Below are positions 11,901 to 24,540 of a stretch of DNA of 54,606 nt, piece by piece. The position numbers were made by a program, and so were the translations under genes. The stretch lies in the NCBI GenBank assembly GCA_002269645.1, contig NIVC01003249.1, forward strand, positions 54,539-109,144, in the 5' to 3' direction. Within the stretch, counting starts at the first letter, position 1. Every line of letters starts with the position of its first letter. This stretch comes from Macrostomum lignano. Lineage: Eukaryota. Under the pieces are notes generated by a model that searched no databases, was not told the origin of the DNA, and worked only from the letters and a program-made list of their open reading frames with translations.

Positions 11901-14735
11901 AGAATAGTGTCACCTGTTAGACAGAGGATAGTGTCACCTGTTAGACAGAGGAGTGTCACCTGTTAGACAAAGGATAGTGTCACCTGTTAGACAAAGGATA
12001 GTGTCACCTGTTAGACAAAGGATAGTGTCACCTGTTAGACAGAGAATAGTGTCACCTGTTAGACAGAGGATAGTGTCACCTGTTAGACAGAGGATAGTGT
12101 CACCTGTTAGACAGAGGATAGTGTCACCTGTTAGACAGAGGATAGTGCCACCTGTTAGACAGAGGATAGTGTCACCTATTAGACAGAAAAATTAGACGCG
12201 AAAGCAGAACAGAAAATGAGCCAGAGCTGATCCTGAATGAAACATAATAGCTGTATTCCGGAGGAGTCACAGGCCCATGACCCGTGTTTCATCCCTGGGA
12301 ACAAAAGGTCCATACTTGCCACCCCACTTTGCTCCAATGATTCACACACGGGTGCAGAATGGAATTTGCTGATCAAGTCAAACACCTCCCAAAAGTCCCA
12401 GAAAAGAAGAAATAGAAATGTACTTTTTCAAAAAAATACTTTGGCAGACGGGCAGGTAGATTTTGGGGTTGGCCGTATTGGGATTAAAATGAATAGGGAA
12501 AAATGCAAAATGGTTCAATTAATATTAGCTGTTCGTCAATTTGCACAGCGGCTTCTGGTGCCAGCCCAACGCCCCATCAGGCACGAGTTTGCCAGGCAGT
12601 TGCTAGGTAGCTGCATTGGCAATTCGAAAAGCACTGACTAACTAGAAATTTCCAAAGCCGTGCTGATGAGGCTGCAGCTCTTACTCATATTTATAAAAAG
12701 ATACGTGAGCCCGCATCGCGGTAAATACCCTGCTTCAGTCTCTCCACCTCACTGCCCTGTTAAATTAGCTGGGTTGCCATGGGACCCAACCACTATTCTT
12801 CGGAGTCTAAAGCTAAATGGCTGACATTGCATCTCTCATTCGTTTTGAAGTTTGTCCAACTTATTGGTTAAACTGTGACGGCCTCTTGCAATTCACTACC
12901 TCTGCCTCTCCTTTCTCTCTTCTCCCTTTTCTCCTCTCCTGTCTCCCTTCTCCTGTCTCTCATCTCCTGTCTCTCCTCTCCTGTCTCTCCTCTCCTGTCT
13001 CTCCTCTCCTCTCTCCTCTCTCCTCTCTTGTCTCTCCTCTCCTCTCTCCTCTCCTCTCTCCTCTCTTGTCTCTCCTCTCCTCTCTCCTCTCCTCTCTCCT
13101 CTCTTGTCTCTCCTCTCCTGTCTCTCCTCTCCTGTCTCTCCTCTCCTGTCTCTCCTCTCCTCTCTCCTCTCCTGTCTCTCCTCTCCTGTCTCTCCTCTCC
13201 TCTCTCCTCTCCTCTCTCCTCTCCACTCCTGTCTCTCCTCTCCTGTCTCTCCTCTCCTGTCTCTCCTCTCCTCTCCTGTCTCTCCTCTCTTGTCTCTCCT
13301 CTCCTGTCTCTCCTCTCCTGTCTCTCCTCTCCTCTCTCCTCTCTCCTCTCTTGTCTCTCCTCTCCTCTCTCCTCTCCTCTCTCCTCTCTTGTCTCTCCTC
13401 TCCTCTCTCCTCTCCTCTCTCCTCTCTTGTCTCTCCTCTCCTGTCTCTCCTCTCCTGTCTCTCCTCTCCTGTCTCTCCTCTCCTCTCTCCTCTCCTGTCT
13501 CTCCTCTCCTGTCTCTCCTCTCCTCTCTCCTCTCCTCTCTCCTCTCCACTCCTGTCTCTCCTCTCCTGTCTCTCCTCTCCTGTCTCTCCCCTCCTGTCTC
13601 TCCTCTCCTCTCTCCTCTCCACTCCTGTCTCTCCTCTCTTGTCTCTCCTCTCCTGTCTCTCTTCTCCTGTCTCTCCTCTCTTGTCTCTCCTCTCCTGTCT
13701 CTCCTCTCCTCTCTTGTGTCTCCTCTCCTGTCTCTCCTCTCCTCTCCTGTCTCTCCTCTCCTGTCTCTCCTCTCTCCTCTCCACTCCTGTCTCTCCTCTC
13801 CTCTCTCCTCTCCACTCCTGTCTCTCCTCTCCTCTCCTCTCCTCTCCTCTCCTGTCTCTCCTCTCTTGTCTCTCCTTTCCTGTCTCTCCTCTCTTGTCTC
13901 TCCTTTCCTGTCTCTCCTCTCCTCTCTCATCTCCTCTCCTGTCTCTCCTCTCCTGTCTCTCCTCTCTTGTCTCTCCTCTCCTGTCTCTTCTCTCCTCTCT
14001 CCTCTCCGCTCTTGTCTCTCCTCTCCTGTCTCTCCTCTCCTGTCTCTCATCTCCTGTCTCTCTTCTCCTGTCTCTCATCTCCTGTCTCTCCTCGCCTCTC
14101 CTGTCTCTCCTCTCCTCTCTCCTCTCCTCTCCTGTCTCTCCTCTCCTGTCTCTCCTCTCCTTTTTCTTCTCTCTCTTCTCTCTCTCATTTCCCCTCTCTT
14201 GTCTCTCTCCTCTCCTCTAGTATCTCTCCCCATCCTCTCTCTTCTCCCCTTCTTCCGTCTCCTCTCACCCTTCTCTGCTTCTCTCCCATTGTTTCTCATC
14301 TCCCTTTCCCTCTCCTTCGCTCTCCCTCCAGACTTTCTACTCTACATCTGACTACTGACTCTGATCTCAATCACCCCTCCGTCTCAACCGTTCCAAGCAT
14401 TCTGCTTTGAAATCACGTCATTCACGCTACGAGGATCCCACAGAGAACAACAGATTACCAACCGGCAATATCCCGCAGCAGCTGCACCATCTGGCGCTCC
14501 CTCTGCAGCTCCGCCTGACGTTCCAACGCCGAGAAGACGGCGGCCCCGAAGCCGAGGTAGAGGAACAGAATCAGGACCAGCAGCACCTGCCTGGAGCAGC
14601 TGCTCGCCGCTGGGAATTTCAGCCGCCTGGGGTGGCAGCCTTGAGTCAGGCGAGTCAGCGGGCTGACTGCGACAGGCTGCTCCAGCTCGGGAATCGAGCG
14701 GCTCGGCTCGTCCTCTGAGGTCCTAGCAACCGCAT
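8976..14735 (-). CDS. Two-pore-domain potassium channel (K2P/KCNK family); join(14463..14735,10499..11020,8976..9298); needs +1 C near 14719-14720 to use the ATG at 14735
   Basis: M1 LILFLYLGFGAAVFSALE, pore 1 FSMTAITTIGYGNVAPST, pore 2 YYCFVTLSTIGFGDF and M4 YKLFLSLWIYTGLIYV. Both GT-AG introns are phase 1 and frame-consistent. The start codon is tentative. Confidence 0.9.
9468..10350. repeat. 32-bp minisatellite in K2P intron 2 (~27 copies)
   Basis: Unit TTTCCTGGAATACCCGTTTCCCAAAATGCTCG. Confidence 0.95.
11190..12185. repeat. 24-bp minisatellite in K2P intron 1 (~40 copies)
   Basis: Unit CACCTGTTAGACAGAGGATAGTGT. Confidence 0.95.
12900..14340. repeat. CT-rich low-complexity array in K2P intron 1
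   Basis: (CTCCT)n mixed with CTGT units; almost pure pyrimidine on the + strand. Confidence 0.95.
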
Positions 14736-14794
14736 GGCTTTGTTGGCGAGGGTATAGATGCTAATGAATTCCAGCATGTCAAATATCCAGGCGC

Positions 14795-15475
14795 GATATT
14801 TGGTGACAGGGGGGATTTGGTGACACGGGAGAATTGGTGACAGAGGAGAATTGGTGACAGGGGGGATTTGGTGACAGAGGAGAATTGGTGACAGAGGAGA
14901 ATTGGTGACAGAGGAGAACTGGTGACAGAGGAGAATTGGTGACAGGGGGGATTTGGTGACAGAGGAGAATTGGTGACAGAGGAGAATTGGTGACAGGGGA
15001 GAATTGGTGACAGGGGAGAATTGGTGACAGGGGAGAATTGGTGACAGAGGAGAATTGGTGACAGAGGAGAATTGGTGACAGAGGAGAATTGGTGACAGGG
15101 GGGATTTGGTGACACGGGAGAATTGGTGACAGAGGAGAATTGGTGACAGGGGGGATTTGGTGACACGGGAGAATTGGTGACAGAGGAGAATTGGTGACAG
15201 AGGAGAATTGGTGACAGAGGAGAATTGGTGACAGAGGAGAATTGGTGACAGAGGAGAATTGGTGACAGAGGAGAATTGGTGACAGGGGAGAATTGGTGAC
15301 AGGGGGGAGAGTTGGTGACAGAGGAGAATTGGTGACAGAGGAGAATTGGTGACAGAGGAGAATTGGTGACAGAGGAGAATTGGTGACAGAGGAGAATTGG
15401 TGACAGGGGAGAATTGGTGACGGGAGAATTAGTGACAGAGGAGAATTGGTGACAGGGGAGAATTAGTGACAGGGG
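14795..15475. repeat. 17-bp minisatellite upstream of the K2P start
   Basis: Unit GAGGAGAATTGGTGACA. Confidence 0.95.
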
Positions 15476-15989
15476 AGAAGGGAGAACTCTGGGAAATGGC
15501 GTAAAATCAGCGTAAGATCGGAGAATTACATGTAGGGAGAAAGCAACGCAGATTGAGTGAGGAGGACTTAGGAGAACTACTACATCAGAGCCGACCACAT
15601 GACAATGAAGATTGACAATAGATTGTATTATTATTAGCCACTATGTTAGCATATTTATCAATTGCTGCATGCTAAACAGCCCAATTATGTACGCAAATAT
15701 GGTGCTGATTCTTTTCCGCATTGCAGCCCAAATGATCCCAGCAGCTGGCGGGAACTGTGCACACGCAGACGGCTCAAATTGTTGGCATTGGCTCTTCCGC
15801 AATGGTCAGATGGGATTTTTATACGTTATGCTGCAAGCTGGAAGCGTCAATAGCGTTTGATTGACAGATTTCTGCATGGCATTGATGAGACTGAAGCAAA
15901 AATGATGGGGGATCTGAGAATACGGAGGAGATTTAAGTTAATAATGAGAAGCGAATAGAATGAGATTGAGAAAGGACAATCCAGGGAAA

Positions 15990-17390
15990 TTGGGAAGGGG
16001 AATAGAAGAGGGAGATTGAGAAGGGAGAATACAAGAGGGGAGATTGGGAAGGGAGAATACAAGAGGGGAGATTGGGAAAGGAGAATGCAGGAGGGGAGAT
16101 TGGGAAGGGAGAATACAGGAGGGGAGATTAAGAAGGGGAGAATGGGAAGGGAGAATATTGCAGGGAAGATTGAGAAGGGAGAATACGGAAGGGGAGCTTG
16201 GGAAGGGGAGAATACAGGAGATTGGGAGGGGAGAATACAGGAGATTGGGAAGAGAGAATACACGAGGGGAGAGTGGGAGGGGAGAATACAGGAGGGGAGA
16301 TTGGGAAGGGAGAATACAGGAAGGGAGATTGGGAAGGGAGAATACAGGAGGGGAGATTGGGAAGGGAGAATACAGGAGGGGAGATTGGGAAGGGAGAATA
16401 CAGGAGGGGAGATTGGGAAGGGAGAATACAGGAGGGGAGATTGGGAAGGTAGAATACAGGAGGGGAGAGTGGGAGGGGAGAATACAGGAGGGGAGATTGG
16501 GAAGGGAGAATACAGGAGGGGAGATTGGGAAGGGAGAATACAAGAGGGGAGATTGAGAAGGGAGAATACAGGAGGGGAGATTGGGAAGGGAGAATACAGG
16601 AGGGGAGATTGGGAAGGGAGAATACAGGAGGGGAGAGTGGGAGGGGAGAATACAGGAGGGGAGATTGGGAAGGGGGAATACAGGAGGGGAGATTGGGAAG
16701 GGGGAATACAGGGAGATTGGGAAGGGAGAATACAGGGAGATTGGGAAGGGAGAATACAGAAGGGGAGATTGAGAAGGGAGAATACAGGAGGGGAGATTGG
16801 GAAGGGAGAATACAGGAGGGGAGATTGGGAAGGGAGAATACAGGAGGGGAGAGTGGGAGGGGAGAATACAGGAGGGGAGATTGGGAAGGGAGAATACAGG
16901 AGGGGAGATTGGGAAGGGAGAATACAGGGAGATTGGGAAGGGAGAATACAGAAGGGGAGATTGAGAAGGGGGAATACAGGAGGGGAGATTGGGAAGGGGG
17001 AATACAGGGAGATTGGGAAGGGAGAATACAGGGAGATTGGGAAGGGAGAATACAGAAGGGGAGATTGAGAAGGGGGAATACAGGGAGATTGGGAAGGGAG
17101 AATACAGAAGGGGAGATTGAGAAGGGAGAATACAGGAGGGGAGATTGGGAAGGGGGAATACAGAAGGGGAGATTGAGAAGGGGGAATACAGGAGGGGAGA
17201 TTGAGAAGGGGGAATACAGGAGGGGAGATTGGGTAGGGGGAATACAGGAGGGGAGATTGGAAGGAGATAATACAGGGAGATTGGGAAGAGAGATTGGAAG
17301 GAGATAATACAGGGAGATTGGGAAGGGAGATTGGAAGGAGATAATACAGGGAGATTGGGTAGAAAATACAGGGAGACTGGGAAGGGAGAA
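15990..17390. repeat. 28-bp purine-rich minisatellite
   Basis: Unit GATTGGGAAGGGAGAATACAGGAGGGGA. Confidence 0.95.
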
Positions 17391-17749
17391 AAAAGGAGGT
17401 TAAGGATGCTGAAGACTTACTTAGTGCAGGTATCTGGCATGGCTAATGTAGCTCCATGTCCTCACAGAACCGAGTTGAATGCTACTGTATAACTAAGCCA
17501 GAGTATAGAAGCTGAGAGTCAAACTTAACATAGCTCGTAGCTCCAGCTTAACTCTGCACTAAATAGCTTTGCGCCCCGGCCGGTGAGACAAGGCAAAGCA
17601 TTAGCAAGAGAGGAGTCAGGTTAGGACCAATAAGAACCGAAGGGAAAACTGGGACACAGTACAACCATGCTATTGTTAAGCTTGGCACTGAGAGGTCATT
17701 GCCCCTGCCTCTGGATCTGCACAGGTATCTCCCTATCGCATTCCTACCG

Positions 17750-18065
17750 GCTCTTATCACTCTGTCTGTCTTTCTTATCACTGAGCCACTCTCTTGTCAC
17801 TCTGCCTGTCTTTCTTATCACTCAGCCAGTCTCTCTCTTATCACTCTGCCTCTCTTATCACTCTGTCTCGCTTTCTTATCACTCTGTCTCGCTTTCTTAT
17901 CACTCGCCCTCTCTTATCATTCTGCCTCTCTTATCACTCTGCCCTTTCTTATCACTCAGCCACACTCTCTCTTATCACACAGCCACACTCTCTCTTATCA
18001 CTCTATCTGTTTTTTTATCACTCAGCCACTCTCTTATTACTCAGCTACTCTCTTATCACTCTTCT
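17750..18065. repeat. Degenerate ~18-20-bp tandem repeat
   Basis: Recurrent TCTTATCACTC core. Confidence 0.85.
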
Positions 18066-18874
18066 CATCATATCTTCATAACCTTTAATAAGCTCTTTAT
18101 TGTGGTATACGGAATCTCTTCATTTGCATGTACAAGCCGTACATCTACCCGCAACTCTATATTTTTCTACATAATTTTATATCCATAACTTTTTTAATAG
18201 AAAAGAAAATTAAAACTGAGATAGTTATAATACAATCTTAGAAATTTCACTAAAATGATATCGACTCAAATGAGGAATACCAGCCGAAAGTAGGCAAAAT
18301 GATGCGGATTATCTACATGCATATGGACAAATCAATTTATTACAAAAATAGCTGACGCAGAATAATAATAAATTCATATAAAAATAGTTTTGGCGTTTTT
18401 TCGTTTCACAGTAATGGCACAGTATTTTTTCATAGGATTAATACAAAAAAGTTCAACATAGAGTACATTGGAAACGCGCTTTCAAGACTACTTAAAGCTG
18501 TAGAATCGCGGGATGGAAGCTACGGCACAATGACGTTTGATAAATTCAAACTATTAGTTCTGAACGTTTAGAAGCAAATGTATTTTATATGCGATAGCAT
18601 AGGCAAGATATCATCTTCATAAGAGAATCAAATTATAAAACATTTTCTGGATTAAAAAGTTTGCGACTAAAATTTTCACTACTTTTAAAAGTAGTTTAGC
18701 GAAAAGTTGAAATTCTGAAAAATTCCTACTTAGCTACTATCGTTAGTAGCGAGTATGAAAGTTTAAAGTTTTAAAGTTTAGAGGAAGTAAAGAGGAATAT
18801 CACACATAGAGATCCACTTAGTTAAAAAATACGTATCCGATATGTATCGAAAGTAGACTTTGCAGCTGCGCTAT

Positions 18875-19898
18875 TCACACGTAGAAATAAGCCAAACCAA
18901 GCAACGGGCTCTCCTTGGGAAAGATCAGGCCCAATAGACTGGCCGAATCTCGCAGCACAGCCGCCGGCCGTTCCACCAGCTCGGACAGGCTGGCCGGGAC
19001 AGGCCGGCCGAGGGCTAGCAGAGACTCGGACATTCCCGGCCGGTTGGTGGAGAGCAGCTCTGGGGGCTCGTCCAGCGAGGAGTACATGAACACGGGAATT
19101 CCGGGCACGGGTGCCAGCGACAGGGCGGGTGTGAATATGAGGGCTGCAATGGAATGGATTGCTAATCTAGCCTATCAGGATTAGAATGGATTGCTAATCT
19201 AGCCAATCAGGGTTAGAATGGATTGCTAATCTAGCCTATCAGGATTAAATGGATTGCTAATCTAGCCAATCAGGGTTAGAATGGATTGCTAATCTAGCCA
19301 ATCAGGCTTAGAATGGATTGCTGATCTAGCCAATCAGGGTTAGAATGATTTGCTAATCTAGCCAATCACGATCTCACAGCGCACTCACTTCTCCCCCCAT
19401 TGGGCATTCCAGACGGCACCAACTGGAAGCTGCCAAACAGCAGCCATGGCCAGCAGGGATACTGGAAAGGCGCCAGCACGTGGTCGGGCATCAGCTGGCG
19501 CATGGGCGAGTCGGGCAGGTCCATCAGTCGGCTAATCTGCAGCCTCTGACCCAGCCGCTGCATGAAGTCAGCCCAGCTCAGTTGAGCAGCCAGCTCACCG
19601 CACAGCTGCTTGTGCCGAGGCCAGTGCTGCTGCTGGCAGGCCCGGCTGCAGTACCGCTTGTTGCGGCACCGGGCGCAGCGTTGCCAGTCGCCATGGCGAC
19701 CGCATTGGCTGCACGGCTGCCGCTGCGGAACTGGCGGCTCCGCTGCATCAACGAGTTTTTCTGCTTCTTTTGCGGAAGCCTTTAATTTTTTCAATACATT
19801 AGAGTATTAGGATTATGAAGCTTAAATCTGCAGGTTTAATATATATATAGTTGGCTTTGACCTTCAAATGTTCCTCACTCATCTATAAGGTTGTCCAT
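18875..19898 (-). CDS. MYND zinc-finger protein; join(19879..19898 tentative,19389..19827,18875..19143)
   Basis: CSQCGRHGDWQRCARCRNKRYCSRACQQQHWPRHKQLC is a canonical zf-MYND. Intron 19144..19388 (A|GTGAGT ... CATTGCAG) is frame-consistent. The 5' end needs a 51-bp intron plus one extra A near 19799-19800 and is uncertain. Confidence 0.75.
19155..19366. repeat. 32-bp minisatellite filling the MYND-gene intron
   Basis: Unit TTAGAATGGATTGCTAATCTAGCCAATCAGGG, ~6 copies. Confidence 0.95.
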
Positions 19899-19946
19899 AT
19901 AAATTTGCTAATCGTCGAATAAACATTTCAAGGGACGTCGAGTAGC

Positions 19947-20232
19947 TGACTGACTGACTGACTGACTGACTGACTGACTGGCTGACTGACTGACTGACTG
20001 ACTGGCTGACTGACTGACTGGCTGACTGACTGACTGGCTGACTGACTGACTGGCTGACTGACTGACTGACTGGCTGACTGACTGACTGGCTGACTGACTG
20101 ACTGACTGACTGACTGGCTGGCTGACTGACTGACTGACTGGCTGACTGACTGACTGACTGACTGACTGGCTGACTGACTGGCTGACTGGCTGACTGACTG
20201 ACTGACTGACTGACTGACTGACTGACTGACTG

Positions 20233-20289
<57 letters not shown>

Positions 20290-20325
20290 AGAAACAAACA
20301 AACAAACAAACAAATGAACTAATTA
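19947..20325. repeat. Compound tetranucleotide microsatellite (TGAC/TGGC)n-(TAAC)n-(AAAC)n
   Basis: Read directly from the sequence. Confidence 0.95.
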
Positions 20326-21215
20326 AGTTATGAAATTCTGTTTAGCTGTTAATTTAAATTATAATTTAAATGGTAATTTAAATATCGCTTTGAACATTTA
20401 TTGCGACTTTAATGTGAAAAACTGAATGAAGGCAACATTAAGATCCTGCTGCCATATTTACCAACACAAAAACAATGGACGTACAGTATATTTATACACA
20501 ATTAAAAAATAGTATGCCATTCGAATTTTACCAATGAATAAAAGAAAAACAATAGAGCAATTTAATTAAATAAATAAGTTAAATAAAAACAGCGGTTGAA
20601 AGACGGAGGCGTCAAATTGATTGACGGTTTTATTAGCAATAATTAAAAGTGAATAAATAAACACAACAATTTTGATTCATTACCATTATAATGAAACGGA
20701 TGGTTAATGTAAAAATGGTATCTTTAAAAATTTTGCAGTAAAATGTATGAAATAATGACACAAAGTAAAACAGCAACAACACAAAAATGGTCAATATCTG
20801 CGCAAGCTTCAAAGTGTTACACATGGAAAATTTTGAAATAGTGATGATGATCATAAAGCAATAAAATCTTTATCAAATAAATTTACACAACAACAGTTCT
20901 CATTGATTAATATTATAATGAAACGGATAGATAAAAAGTGAATAAGTAGATTTTAAAAATGTAAACATGTGTTATTTCCACATTTAAACAACATAAAACA
21001 AAAACATTCAATTGGCAAACCGCTCGTAAACTTTCTATTGAAATAGTTTTGAATCAAAACCATTGCGCAATGAAATACATAAAGTAATAAAGTAATGACA
21101 CAAAGTGATATACAAACCAACAACATGGTAAAAAAACGCTTACATCGTATCCATGTAAGTTTTGAGGTGTTACGTTGGAGAAACTATAAATAGTAATCAA
21201 AAGTTTCCTTATTAA

Positions 21216-24069
21216 CTACTGTTTGTAAACCTCGATATATCGTTCACCTGCGGGTGTGAAATGCAAGCAGGATTCTGTTGCTTTGAAAGCTGAAAGCATC
21301 TGCCGCTTTTCTCTATCGCCATCAACCTCTCCCTCTCCCCTCCTCCAGCTCCCCCTCTCCCCTCCTCCATCTCCCCGTCTCCCCTCCTCCAGCTCTCCCT
21401 CTCCCCTCCTCCAGCTCCCCGTCTCCCCTCCTCCAGCTCCCCGTCTCCCCTCCTCCAGCTCCCCGTCTCCCCTCCTCCAGCTCCCCGTCTCCCCTCCTCC
21501 AGCTCCCCGTCTCCCCTCCTCCAGCTCCCCCTCTCCCCTCCTCCAGCTCCCTCTCCCCCTCCTCCAGCTCCCTCTCCCCCTCCTCCAGCTCCCTCTCCCC
21601 CTCCTCCAGCTCCCCCTGTCTCCTCCTCCAGCTCCCTCTCTCCCTCCTCCAGCTCCCTCTCCCCCTCCTCCAGCTCCCCCTCTCCCCTCCTCCAGCTCCC
21701 TCTCCCCTCCTCCAGCTCCCTCTCCCCCTCCTCCAGCTCCCCTCTCCCCTCCTCCAGCTCCCTCTCCCCCTCCTCCAGCTCCCTCTCCCCCTCCTCCAGC
21801 TCCCTCTCCCCTCCTCCAGCTCCCCCTCTCCCCTCCTCCAGCTCCCTCTCCCCCTCCTCCAGCTCCCCGTCACCCTCCTCCAGCTCCCCCTCTCCCCTCT
21901 TCCAGCTCCCCGTCTCCCCTCCTCCAGCTCCCCCTCTCCCCTCCTCCAGCTCCCTCTCCCCTCCTCCAGCTCCCCCTCTCCCTCCTCCAGCTCCCCCTCT
22001 CCCCTCCTCCAGCTCCCCCTCTCCCCTCCTCCAGCTTCCCCTCTACCCCGTCCACCTCTCTCCTTCCATTTCTCCCCTTTCCCATATTCATATCTTTCCC
22101 CATTTCATGCCTGTTTTATCTAACACCGTGAACATTCGATAGCGCAAGTAGAATCAACAGAGCTGAGCTCACCCATAAGCTTCTTGTGGCAATTGAGCAC
22201 AGCAGCCTGAGCATCCTCGGCCGTGTAAAAGGAAGCCGTGCCGGTGCCCAAGCTGCGACCATCCGCCGATCGAGCAACGGTTGCTAGGCAAGGCTTCAAT
22301 GGAGCAAAGAATTCCGCCAGATCTGTGTCGTTGGCTGACCAGGGCAGTCCGCGGACTCGAACCCCGTGCAGCAGCGACGGTGAGGCGTCTCTTTGCCTAA
22401 TAGAACCGAACGAGGTCGGTTCCGATTCCTCTATCGGATCGCTATCCTCGATATCGCAACAGTCAGACAAGTCGTTAGGATCGAGTCCGCCTTCACCAAA
22501 CGGGCCAGTCGAATAGTCTGAATTTAAAGCGTATGATGCTCATTAGACTACTAAAATATAATTACAAGTAGGCAGTCAGACATTTTGTAATAAAATTCAG
22601 AGATAAGTCAAAGATGAAATTTGGGTGAAAAATTAAATAGCAAAAATTTACTAACGAAATAGAGTGTACTTTTACAAGCTTGGTTCAAGGAATCTGAGAG
22701 AGGGAGAGGCAGATTCAAGGTCTCTGAGGGAGAGCGGAGGGGCAGATTCAAGGATCCTGAGGGGGGGGGGAGCGGAGAGGCAGATTCAAGGATCCTGAGG
22801 GGGGGGGGAGCGGAGAGGCAGATTCAAGGATTCTGAGGGGACAGCGGAGGGGCAGATTCAAGGATCCTGAGGGGGGGGGAGCGGAGAGGCAGATTCAAGG
22901 ATCCTGAGGGGGGAGCGGAGAGGCAGATTCAAGGATCCTGAGGGGGGAGCGGAGAGGCAGATTCAAGGATCCTGAGGGGGGAGTGGAGAGGCAGATTCAA
23001 GGATCCTGAGGGGGGGGAGCGGAGAGGCAGATTCAAGGATCCTGAGGGGGGGAGCGGAGAGGCAGATTCAAGGATCCTGAGGGGGGGAGCGGAGAGGCAG
23101 ATTCAAGGATCCTGAGGGGGGGGAGCGGAGAGGCAGATTCAAGGATCCTGAGGGGGGAGCGGAGAGGCAGATTCAAGGATCCTGAGGGGGGGAGCGGAGA
23201 GGCAGATTCAAGGATCCTGAGGGGGGGAGCGGAGAGGCAGATTCAAGGATCCTGAGGGGGGGAGCGGAGAGGCAGATTCAAGGATCCTGAGGGGGGGAGC
23301 GGAGAGGCAGATTCAAGGATCCTGAGGGGGGAGTGGAGAGGCAGATTCAAGGATCCTGAGGGGGGGGGGAGCGGAGAGGCAGATTCAAGGATCCTGAGGG
23401 GGGGGAGCGGAGAGGCAGATTCAAGGATCCTGAGGGGGGGGGAGCGGAGAGGCAGATTCAAGGATCCTGAGGGGGAAGCGGAGAGGCAGATTCAAGGATC
23501 CTGAGGGGGGAGCGGAGAGGCAGATTCAAGGATCCTGAGGGGGGGAGCGGAGAGGCAGATTCAAGGATCCTGAGGGGGGGGGAGCGGAGAGGCAGATTCA
23601 AGGATCCTGAGGGGGGGAGCGGAGGGGCAGATTCAAGGATACTGAGGGAGAGCGGAGAGGCAGATTCAAGCGAATTCTCACCATGGCCGGCAAGCAGGTG
23701 CTGCCTGTTAGCCTCACGATAGGCCTCTCGCGAACTGGAGAGCGAGGCGGTCAGCTCTCGGACAGAGTCGCCCCCGGCGGCCAGCGTGTCCAGCACCAGC
23801 CGGGCATCCTCCGCGCCAAGCAGCTGCACGAAGGCGCAGCCGGTAAATTGTTGAAACCTGTCGAAAACCAACAGCAGGCCGTCTGGAGCAATTCGAACGC
23901 CGGGGCAGCACGAAAGCAGAGTCTGCAGCACCGCTGCGTGAGCAGCAGCCGACTCGGGCAGGCCGGTCAGCTTCACCACAGGAGTAGCTTTGCGGGAGCT
24001 GCGCTTTGCGGCTGGCTGCGGGGACTGCCGACCCAGTGCGTTTGGATATTAGATGAGTACCGAACAGAC

Positions 24070-24160
<91 letters not shown>

Positions 24161-24255
24161 CTAAGACAGACACTAAGACATACAGACACTAAGACATACA
24201 GACATACAGACATACAGACAGACAGACACTAAGACAGACACTAACACTAAGACAT

Positions 24256-24286
<31 letters not shown>

Positions 24287-24457
24287 GGAAGGCAGACACA
24301 CAGACAGACAGACACACAGACACTAAGACATACAGACAGACAGACAGACAGACAGACACACAGACAGACAGACAGACAGGAAGGCAGACACACAGACACT
24401 AAGACATACAGACATACAGACAGACAGACACTAAGACAGACACTAACACTAAGACAT

Positions 24458-24496
<39 letters not shown>

Positions 24497-24509
24497 GGAA
24501 GGCAGACAC

Positions 24510-24540
<31 letters not shown>

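Noticed and set aside
12655-12700. CTGATGAG as a hammerhead ribozyme core (also 2657 and minus strand ~42897)
   Set aside because: No correctly placed stem II followed by GAAA and a cleavage triplet could be built.
12500-12780. Possible extra K2P exon in the unique middle of intron 1
   Set aside because: Candidate acceptors run into stops or lack a good donor, and exon 1 joins exon 2 in frame without it.
22700-23670. Constant ~29-bp repeat with variable intervening sequence as a CRISPR array
   Set aside because: The variable part is only a G homopolymer, so there are no unique spacers.
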